A stretch of 32,000 bases of DNA from an uncultured Muribaculaceae bacterium. GTDB taxonomy: Bacteria; Pseudomonadota; Alphaproteobacteria; Rs-D84. Location: the NCBI GenBank assembly GCA_964576135.1, contig CAZNTZ010000002.1, positions 21,306 to 53,305 of the forward strand, written 5' to 3'. The notes under the pieces are model-generated. The model was not told where the DNA came from, searched no databases, and worked only from the letters and a program-made list of their open reading frames with translations. Within the stretch, counting starts at the first letter, position 1. Each line of letters begins with the position of its first letter. The position numbers and the translations under genes are program-made. Positions 18,452-25,628 of this stretch are shown in pieces.

Positions 18452-19711
18452 TTATTCATTCCTTAAAACTTCGACTGGATCTGTTTTACTTGCGCGCCAT
18501 GCGGGATACAGAGTTGCCAAGAATGCCAAGAGTATTGCGACTGATGCAATTCCAATAATTGATAATGGATCAATCTTTGATGGTAATTCAGAAAGATAAT
18601 AAAGGTCTGCTGGAAATAAATCTCGACCGGTCATCAATTGTATAAACTTGCGTATTGGCTCAATATAAACCGCAATTAAAATACCAAACACTGTCCCAAA
18701 AAATGCCCCAATTACACCGATTAATGTTCCAGCCAAAATGAATATTTTCATCATTGATTTCTTTGACACACCAAATGTTCGCAGAACTGCAATGTCTTTG
18801 GATTTATCTTTGACTAACATAACCAATGATGACACAATATTAAATGCTGCAACAATAACTATCAAAAGTAATATTAAAAACATTACGTTTGATTCAACTT
18901 GTAATGCCCCAACAAAACCACGGTTCAAATCGCGCCAATCGCGAACAATAAATCCGCCAGGCAACATTGTAGAAAGTGCTTTGCGAACAATTTCGGTATT
19001 TTCTGGATCTTTTAAAAACAAATCTATATGTGTTACAGATCCAGGTATATTCAGATATTTTTGCGCAGATTCCAGTGGTATAAATACAAAACCAGAATCA
19101 TATTCATACATTCCCATAAAGAACGAAGATTTTACAGGATAAGACATAATGCGTGGCATTGTGCCAAATGCGGTCGGTGTTCCGCCATTTGCAGAAATTA
19201 GGGATACTTGATCATTCAGTGTAAGTTTCAATTGACGCGCCAAACTCATCCCCATAACTAATTCATCATTTTTGATATCTGAAAGTGATGTGCCATAAAT
19301 TTTTGCACCAACACCTGTTTTTGCTGACAAATCGGACATTCTGATTCCACGTAAAATTGCACCAGAATTATTACCATTTGCACTGACCATTACCTGACCT
19401 TCGGCAATTGGAACAATTCCTGTTACATTTGCAGCCACTATTTTATTTTGTTTCATTTTATCAATCAGAAAATCATAATCTGAAATCGCGCCATCACCAT
19501 AATAAACAACCACATGCCCGTTCATACCAACGATACGAGATAATAATGTTTGGTGAAAACCGCCCATAACAGACATTACGACAATCAATGTCGTAACCCC
19601 AAGCGTTATTCCCAATAAAGATACCCAAGAAATAACAGACACAAAACGTTCGCGACGTTTTGTACGCAAATAACGAAAGGCTATCTTTCTTTCAAATTTC
19701 GAAAACAACAT
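18452..19711 (-). CDS. lolC: Lipoprotein-releasing system transmembrane subunit LolC/LolE
   Basis: The 419-aa product starts FERKIAFRYLRTKRRERF. It has a periplasmic domain between TM1 and TM2 and a C-terminal FtsX-like domain ending YPAWRASKTDPVEVLR. Confidence 0.88.
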   Translation of the reverse strand: MLFSKFERKIAFRYLRTKRRERFVSVISWVSLLGITLGVTTLIVVMSVMGGFHQTLLSRIVGMNGHVVVYYGDGAISDYDFLIDKMKQNKIVAANVTGIVPIAEGQVMVSANGNNSGAILRGIRMSDLSAKTGVGAKIYGTSLSDIKNDELVMGMSLARQLKLTLNDQVSLISANGGTPTAFGTMPRIMSYPVKSSFFMGMYEYDSGFVFIPLESAQKYLNIPGSVTHIDLFLKDPENTEIVRKALSTMLPGGFIVRDWRDLNRGFVGALQVESNVMFLILLLIVIVAAFNIVSSLVMLVKDKSKDIAVLRTFGVSKKSMMKIFILAGTLIGVIGAFFGTVFGILIAVYIEPIRKFIQLMTGRDLFPADLYYLSELPSKIDPLSIIGIASVAILLAFLATLYPAWRASKTDPVEVLRNE

Positions 19712-19714
19712 TTA

Positions 19715-21064
19715 TTATTCCTCTAAATAATTACGCAAATCTTGACCACTGAGTGTTGCAGGCTGAGTATCAGGCTGAGTAATTGAAATTACACGCGGTG
19801 ACATAAATATAACCAATTCTGCAAAAGGCGATATCAAAGTTTCTGATTCTGTGACAAACGAATGTGTCGGAATTCCGATAATCACATAGTTATCACCAAG
19901 ATTACTTGGGATTTTAAATTGTGATAATTCACCAGCATTAGTGCGAAGAACGATTTTAGAATCAACTTTTTTCATTCCTGCATAATCACCGTACTTTCCA
20001 GTTGCACCGATTATTAAATCTGTTTCTAATCTTTCTTCTCTGGAACATTGACCGATGTCAAAACGTGACTGCCAACCGCTTGGGATTGCAAATGTACCCT
20101 GGGAGATAAGAACAATATTACTTTGCTGACTTAAAAATTCTTGCAATGTTTTTGTGTTTATTTCTGGACTTACCACCAGTGTACGACCAACAACGCCAGG
20201 AATGGACATTTTTACATTCTTTTCACCCAAACTTGGCAGTATATTCATCCATACAATTGGGTTATCCGATTTTGGATATACACGATAAACATCAATATCC
20301 CACGCAATCAGATTCTTTTTAGATCCGATATCTGCAACAATTTTTGCGACATCTTTTTCAGTTTGGTAATTACCTTCGAATTCAAGTGTTTTGTCTTCCC
20401 AGTTTACCAATAAATTCCGCAAATCCGAGCCATGCATCGCATCAATCAATGCCATTATCATATCTTGATCTTTTGGCATTTTCATCAACCATTTAGCCCT
20501 GTGCATAAGATGTAATTCACGCGCTGAATCATCATAAGAATAATAAGCTTTACCCATGCGCGATATTAAATCTGCGGCTTCGCTCAGGTTACCAGACTTT
20601 ATACTGCCGGTTATTTTTTCTGGTAATGATTCATCTTCAATAACAACAACATTTGTTCCTTCAAGTAATTTTTCCAAAGCTTCCTTTACTGTCAATTTTT
20701 CAAATTCATAATCTTTGACTTCAAAATTTGGTAATTTATCACCTGCATCCAGACGAACTATTTCAATTGGTTGGCTTGGTACCACAGAAAGAACTGATTG
20801 ATTATCCCAATCAACACGGCATCTTTTTGGTAAATCAAGTGCAAATCGGCGCGCTGTATCAGTTGTTAATGCCGCTTTCTTTGGAAAAATTGGAACAGAA
20901 TTTTCATCAACAACCAAGTTATCAACAACCTGCACTGTTTCAACAGCAGCTTGGTTCTTTTGTGCCCATTGGGTACATCCAGATATAACAAATCCGACTG
21001 TGCAAACCGCAAAGATAGCCAGAAATGAATTGTGATCGTTATATAATTGTTTGATTTTTCTCAT
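19715..21064 (-). CDS. Secretin-like outer-membrane lipoprotein (hypothetical; PilN/BfpB-type architecture by motif reading)
   Basis: It has a signal peptide with lipobox (GFVISGC). An N0/STN-like segment follows: FEKLTVKEALEKLLEGTNVVVIED...ITGSIKSGNLSEAADLI. Next comes an N-domain to secretin boundary pattern: EDKTLEFEGNYQTEKDVAKIVADIGSKKNLIAWDIDVYRVY. The C-terminus is secretin-like: NYVIIGIPTHSF...ELVIFMSPRVI. A GAGGGAA Shine-Dalgarno box precedes the ATG. No HMM search was possible. Confidence 0.5.
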   Translation of the reverse strand: MRKIKQLYNDHNSFLAIFAVCTVGFVISGCTQWAQKNQAAVETVQVVDNLVVDENSVPIFPKKAALTTDTARRFALDLPKRCRVDWDNQSVLSVVPSQPIEIVRLDAGDKLPNFEVKDYEFEKLTVKEALEKLLEGTNVVVIEDESLPEKITGSIKSGNLSEAADLISRMGKAYYSYDDSARELHLMHRAKWLMKMPKDQDMIMALIDAMHGSDLRNLLVNWEDKTLEFEGNYQTEKDVAKIVADIGSKKNLIAWDIDVYRVYPKSDNPIVWMNILPSLGEKNVKMSIPGVVGRTLVVSPEINTKTLQEFLSQQSNIVLISQGTFAIPSGWQSRFDIGQCSREERLETDLIIGATGKYGDYAGMKKVDSKIVLRTNAGELSQFKIPSNLGDNYVIIGIPTHSFVTESETLISPFAELVIFMSPRVISITQPDTQPATLSGQDLRNYLEE

Positions 21065-21077
21065 GGTTCCCTCTGTC

Positions 21078-21389
21078 CTATGATATATTCATAACTTTTT
21101 CGAACTCTTTCAAAGTCATTTCGTAGATAGGTTTTTGTGATGGAGTAGTCAGATCTTTGACCTTGTCAGCCTCTGCACGAAATTTTGAAACAATATCCTT
21201 GAGTTTTTGGTCAGCCCCTTCAAGTTTCTCACCATAAGCCGCTATGAACTCTAACAAATCTGCAGCAAAAAAGCGACCAGTATAATTTTCGATTGGAAGT
21301 CCACCTTTTTGCACACAAATTGCTGACATAATTGGACCAAGTCGATTGTAAAAATCTGCAAGCTGCAAAAAATTATCATATTTATTCAT
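21078..21389 (-). CDS. Hypothetical cytoplasmic protein, 103 aa, first gene of the secretin-like/lolCD operon
   Basis: The ATG follows an AAGGAAAA Shine-Dalgarno box and a near-consensus promoter. The product has no signal peptide and looks helical and charged. I recognise no family. Confidence 0.55.
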   Translation of the reverse strand: MNKYDNFLQLADFYNRLGPIMSAICVQKGGLPIENYTGRFFAADLLEFIAAYGEKLEGADQKLKDIVSKFRAEADKVKDLTTPSQKPIYEMTLKEFEKVMNIS

Positions 21390-21412
21390 CTGATTTTCCT
21401 TAGTGCAGCTTT

Positions 21413-21442
21413 ATTATAAAAGTTATTGCCCGGCTTTGGCAA
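21413..21442 (-). promoter_or_regulatory. Promoter of the 103-aa / secretin-like / lolC / lolD operon
   Basis: On the minus strand the sequence reads TTGCCA, an 18-nt spacer, then TATAAT. The Shine-Dalgarno box and the ATG at 21389 lie just downstream. Confidence 0.55.
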
Positions 21443-21454
21443 TTAAATTATAAT
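21426..21454 (+). promoter_or_regulatory. Promoter of the 130-aa lipoprotein gene (probably giving a leaderless or near-leaderless mRNA)
   Basis: TTGCCC (21426-21431) is followed by a 17-nt spacer and TATAAT (21449-21454). The ATG lies only 6 nt after the -10 box and has no Shine-Dalgarno sequence. Confidence 0.5.
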
Positions 21455-21460
21455 GAAAAC

Positions 21461-21853
21461 ATGATTAAACTTAAAATTGTGTTTATGTGTGTTATATGCT
21501 CTGCACTTTATGCGTGCTCGAGCCCGAATGGTGGCAACATAGATAACGCGACTATTTTGAATTGGGAAAATGAAATGGTAACAACAGAACAATTTGTTCG
21601 TGACCATAAGTCATGTCTTGGTGTCGACAGACCTTCGCATATGCCACGTTCGCGTCTTGCTAAATTGCTCGCACCGAACCAATCGTCACAAATGCCTGAT
21701 TGGGACGGACTTTGGGTTACATTTCAATCAAACGAATATTCTGATGTTGGGCAAAGATCCCTGATGTCAATTCCTTCAAATTCCAGTTCTAAATCCGTGG
21801 GTGCGTATAGAAAATGTATGTTTAAACGCGGATATTTATTACGAGCAAGCTGA
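21461..21853 (+). CDS. Hypothetical small lipoprotein, 130 aa
   Basis: It has a signal peptide with a probable lipobox (CSALYAC). The mature part contains two further Cys residues (HKSCLG and YRKCMF). I recognise no family. Confidence 0.55.
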   Translation: MIKLKIVFMCVICSALYACSSPNGGNIDNATILNWENEMVTTEQFVRDHKSCLGVDRPSHMPRSRLAKLLAPNQSSQMPDWDGLWVTFQSNEYSDVGQRSLMSIPSNSSSKSVGAYRKCMFKRGYLLRAS

Positions 21854-21868
21854 TAAAGATTTTTTTAA

Positions 21869-22756
21869 ATGAACAACGAATATATTCTTATTGTTACTTC
21901 CGAACTTTCGCGTGGGCTTATTTCATTGACTCGCGAACTTGAAAAAAGAAAATTAAAACTGGCCGTGGCTGCACCACGATCTGGTAATGAAATATATCTT
22001 ATGACTGAAAAGTTTATAAGATTGCCACATTTGCGCATTTTTGGTAAAACTTTCTTGTTCAAAAGTTCAGAATTAAAACATTTTATATCGAATAAAAATC
22101 CGATAATTCATTGTGTTGATGGCAACGCTTTTAAATTAAATTTGCCGAATCAAATATATTTTGAACCAAGTTTTGGCCTTGATCTTAAAATTTGGAACCC
22201 AGGTTCTGTATCAGCATTACGTCAAACCCAATTTTTAACCGAATATAATATTGCACCACATCAAAAATTGATTTCAGTAATAAGTCCATTGGGTGAAGGT
22301 CTGTCAGAGATTTTGAATGCATTAAAACAAATAGATCGCGACGATTTTATAATCGCTCTTACTGGTCGTACGGGCCGCACGCATAAAATTATGAAACAAA
22401 TTGTACAAAGCGGTGTCAGTGATAAAATTATTCTGGCCGGTCAAGTTTCTGATATGCCAACTCTTCTGCGTGCTTCGTTTGCAAATTTATCTTTAACCAA
22501 TCATTCAGACAGAATGTTGAAATTTGCTGCTGCAATGGGACGTCCAACTATTTGGAATAAATCCGAAACAGAAATTAAACCAAATATAAATCTTGGAAAT
22601 TTATCAGCAGATGCAATTGCACGCGCACTCAGTAATGCTCTGGATATGGATTTTGATAAACGTTCAGCTGCAGAGAAATCGAACATTGCAATTGCGAAAA
22701 AGTTTTCAATTGAAAATTCTGTCAAAGAATGTCTTGATCAATACCGCCAGGCTTGA
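21869..22756 (+). CDS. Glycosyltransferase family 1/4-like protein with a degenerate catalytic motif
   Basis: The C-terminal half follows the GT1 pattern: IALTGRTGRTHKIMKQIVQSGVSDKIILAGQVSDMPTLLRASFANLSLTNHSDRMLKFAAAMGRPTIW. The two Glu residues of the EX7E motif are not conserved. The N-terminus ILIVTSELSRG replaces the usual Gly-rich loop. Confidence 0.45.
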   Translation: MNNEYILIVTSELSRGLISLTRELEKRKLKLAVAAPRSGNEIYLMTEKFIRLPHLRIFGKTFLFKSSELKHFISNKNPIIHCVDGNAFKLNLPNQIYFEPSFGLDLKIWNPGSVSALRQTQFLTEYNIAPHQKLISVISPLGEGLSEILNALKQIDRDDFIIALTGRTGRTHKIMKQIVQSGVSDKIILAGQVSDMPTLLRASFANLSLTNHSDRMLKFAAAMGRPTIWNKSETEIKPNINLGNLSADAIARALSNALDMDFDKRSAAEKSNIAIAKKFSIENSVKECLDQYRQA

Positions 22757-22788
22757 AGCCAAGCTTATTTTTTGATATAATAATATCT

Positions 22789-23475
22789 ATGAAACATTCA
22801 TTTAAATTTTGGCTATTTTTTGTGCTTTCTTTAATTATGGCGATATATTTCACCACACGTATAGTTATAGTATTACTGGGCAACGGTGCATTTCGTGTAA
22901 GTAAAATTATGATATCGTCTAAAAATGGTGGGGTTGATCAATCGGCAATTACAGAAGTTATTGGGATAAAATCAAATACAAAAAGTTTTTCGGTTAAACT
23001 TGATGATGCTTTGATAAGAATAACTTCAATCCCAGACATTGAATTTGCAGCCGTGCGCCGACTTGCAGATGGTAACTTGCAAATAAAAATCAAAAAAAGA
23101 TTGGCAATTGCAACATGGATGAATAATAACTCTTTTTATCCACTTACCGCAAACGGATCATTAATAAATAAACCACAAAATGAAAGACCAGAAAATGCAC
23201 TTGTATTCAAAGGCTCTTTACCACCTGATATTTCATATATTGTTGAAACAATGAAACATTCTCCAAGAATTCTTTCAAATTCTGGGTATCTGGAATGGAT
23301 TGAAGGACGCAGATGGAATATAACAACGATTAATAATACAATCATTATGTTGCCAGAAACAAACTTTGATTATGCTATAAAAAAATTGAATGATCTGGAA
23401 AACAAAAATCAAATTTTGGAACGTAAAATATCTGTGATTGATATGCGCGATCCAGAACGTGTTTTAATAAAATGA
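22789..23475 (+). CDS. ftsQ: Cell division protein FtsQ
   Basis: It has a single N-terminal TM helix (FWLFFVLSLIMAIYF) followed by a POTRA-like region (FRVSKIMISSKNGGVDQSAITEVIGI...). It sits immediately upstream of ftsA, joined by an ATGA overlap. The ORF-track start at 22753 is a TTG, and I prefer the ATG at 22789. Confidence 0.8.
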   Translation: MKHSFKFWLFFVLSLIMAIYFTTRIVIVLLGNGAFRVSKIMISSKNGGVDQSAITEVIGIKSNTKSFSVKLDDALIRITSIPDIEFAAVRRLADGNLQIKIKKRLAIATWMNNNSFYPLTANGSLINKPQNERPENALVFKGSLPPDISYIVETMKHSPRILSNSGYLEWIEGRRWNITTINNTIIMLPETNFDYAIKKLNDLENKNQILERKISVIDMRDPERVLIK

Positions 23476-24611
23476 ATTTAATAGATTCTTCTTTTCTTTG
23501 CATTGACCTCGGTTCATCTGCGGTTCGGGGTATGGGGATTCGTATCACATCGGCCAAAATTTCCAAAAGCGCAATCGCATCTATTGAATCATCTGATACT
23601 ACTTTTGCACTTAGACAAGTTATTGATGAACTAGAAGAAAAATTGGGATCACATTTTGATTCTGCGTTTGTTACCGGTAATTTTGGGCATAAAAATTATT
23701 CATTAAAACCAGAATCTGTTAACTGGAATACTGAACATAGAATATCAGAGCTTGATGTATTAAAACTCGCTGAAAATGCAGCACGTTCAATCGAAGGATC
23801 TCCATTACATGTTATACCACTACGTTATGACACGCCATCAATGCGAAACCTTGCTACACCAATTGGACAGATTGACACATCATTAAGTGCGGTATTTGGT
23901 ATTTTAACAGCATCCCCAGAAATACTCCAAGATATTACAACTGCTCTTCGCAGTGCACATTTGCAAGTACGCGGATTTTTTGATCCAATGTTTTTGCTTG
24001 GAGAATCATTGCGTGATGAATCTGAAAATACAATAATAATTGATTTTGGAGCAAGTCGCACAGGGATATCTCTGTGGACAGCACGTGGTCCAATTAAGAT
24101 ATCAATGATTCCGATTGGTGGAAAAGATTTTACAAGAATTATTGCGGAAAATTTCAATTTGCCATTTGCAATGGCAGAGCGTATAAAAAAGAATTGTGCA
24201 TCTGTAATACCAACAGAAATTGATCGTTTTGCACCTGCAGATTCAAGATATGATTTTTCACGCAGTGATGTAAATGAAATTTTTATGCCAATGTTTTCAG
24301 AAATTATGGATTTAATAGAATCTGAAATAACACAATCAATTGAAAAATATGCCCCGACAAAAATTATTGTAACTGGCGGTGGGGGGGCAATAAACGGTTT
24401 AGGCGAATATCTGCAATCACGATTCAAAATTGATACAGAAATCACAAGTCCAGATTCAGCCGTTCAATCATGTGCAAATTATATTTGGCGTAACCAAGCA
24501 TCTGCTGTAAAGGCATACCTGGTAAGAAAAAGTAAAATGGATTCCATGATTCCAAAACTGTTTTCTGTATTTCATAAAAGAAAACGGCACGTTAAATCTT
24601 TTATTCCAATA
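23472..24611 (+). CDS. ftsA: Cell division protein FtsA module (about 380 codons, no stop of its own)
   Basis: Actin-fold motifs are present: FLCIDLGSSAVRG, IIIDFGASRTGISLW and IVTGGGGAINGLGEYLQSRF. An SHS2/1C-like segment PLHVIPLRYD is also present. The module ends with an amphipathic helix (DSMIPKLFSVFHKRKRHVK) like the FtsA membrane-targeting sequence. Confidence 0.85.
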
Positions 24612-25241
24612 ATGCCAAGTACACTTGCATTTGATATGACAAATCAAAAAACTTTTGATTTGTTCACAAGTGGTGGCATTTCGATGATTCATGTTGATAT
24701 CATGGATGGTTTTTATGTTGGTGGAATTGCTGGGAGCATTGACGAGCTAAAACAAATTCGCTCTCGTACAAATGCCCATCTGCATGTTCATTTAATGACA
24801 GAAAGCCCAATCGTATGGTCGGAACGCGCTGTGATTGCAGGTGCGGATACAATTATCGTTTCAACCGGAACATATGGTGTCCGAAGCGCTTTGCGAAAAA
24901 TCAAAGAAATGGGAAAACGCTGTGGAATTGCGTTACATCCAGAAACATCGGTTGGAATATTAAAACCAATAATAAAAGAAATTGATGAAATCCTTGTAAT
25001 GGCGGTAATACCCGGAAAGAGTGGTCAAGAATTTATAATGGACACTGTTTCAAAAATCAGAGCACCTGCAAATACTCGTAAAAAATATGATCTTAAATTC
25101 AAGATTTCTGTCGATGGCGGTATAAATCCTGAAATTGCAAAAATGTGCTGGGACGCTGGGGCAGATTTCCTTATCAGTGGGGCATTTCTTGCCAGTTCTG
25201 CTGATTTCCCGGTTGCCGTCCAATCACTTATCAATAAGTAA
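24612..25241 (+). CDS. rpe: Ribulose-phosphate 3-epimerase module (209 aa counted from the internal ATG, in frame with ftsA)
   Basis: The sequence MPSTLAFD...IHVDIMDG...HLHVHLM...LVMAVIPGKSGQEF...ISVDGGIN...GADFLISGAF matches Rpe end to end, including the metal-binding and catalytic His and Asp positions. Confidence 0.88.
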   Translation: MPSTLAFDMTNQKTFDLFTSGGISMIHVDIMDGFYVGGIAGSIDELKQIRSRTNAHLHVHLMTESPIVWSERAVIAGADTIIVSTGTYGVRSALRKIKEMGKRCGIALHPETSVGILKPIIKEIDEILVMAVIPGKSGQEFIMDTVSKIRAPANTRKKYDLKFKISVDGGINPEIAKMCWDAGADFLISGAFLASSADFPVAVQSLINK

Positions 25242-25625
25242 TATTTCGCGACCACCGTCTTTTTCTGTAATAAAAACATGAATTGTGTCAGATGGCAAAA
25301 ATGATTCCGCAATTTCTGGCCATTCAATTATCGTTATATCGTTTTGAATTGCATAAGACAAACCTATTTCTTCCAATTCAGAAACATCTGTTATTCTATA
25401 TAAATCGAAATGTGAAATTCCATCGTATGTTTGCACGATTGTGAATGTAGGACTTGGCACAACTGTATCCCGCCCACGTAATTCTTGGATAACTGCACGT
25501 GTGATTTCTGTTTTACCCATACCCAGATCGCCATGTAACGCGACTGTTACAGGTGCTTTTAATTTACGAGCAAACTTTTTGCCCCACTCTCTCATTTCTG
25601 AAACATTTGCAATAAATTCTTTCAT
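25224..25625 (-). CDS. tsaE: tRNA t6A37 threonylcarbamoyladenosine biosynthesis protein TsaE
   Basis: The 133-aa product has the P-loop LHGDLGMGKTEITRAV and the motifs SPTFTIVQTY and HFDLYR. Its 3' end overlaps the rpe 3' end by 18 nt. Confidence 0.88.
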   Translation of the reverse strand: MKEFIANVSEMREWGKKFARKLKAPVTVALHGDLGMGKTEITRAVIQELRGRDTVVPSPTFTIVQTYDGISHFDLYRITDVSELEEIGLSYAIQNDITIIEWPEIAESFLPSDTIHVFITEKDGGREILLIDK

Positions 25626-25628
25626 TTT

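Noticed and set aside
24381-24387. G7 homopolymer in ftsA as a possible slippage or phase-variation tract
   Set aside because: It encodes the conserved GGGG of the FtsA adenosine-binding motif (TGGGGAING), so the run is explained by protein constraint. There is no sign of a frameshift.
23825-24445. Long antisense shadow ORFs inside real genes: 206 aa opposite ftsA, 165 aa at 5805-6302 opposite ruvA, 167 aa at 27648-28151 opposite asmA, and 134 aa at 18738-19142 opposite lolC
   Set aside because: Each is fully nested opposite a gene with strong family motifs. None has a Shine-Dalgarno sequence or promoter, and all have skewed Ser/Ile/Pro-rich composition. They look like frame-complement artefacts rather than genes.
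24639-24663. 11-bp perfect AT-rich hairpin (ACAAATCAAAA-AAC-TTTTGATTTGT) just after the rpe ATG, possibly acting at the ftsA/rpe junction
   Set aside because: The stem is AT-only and of modest stability. In a 32-kb AT-rich window, one such hairpin is roughly what chance would give, and nothing else supports a function.
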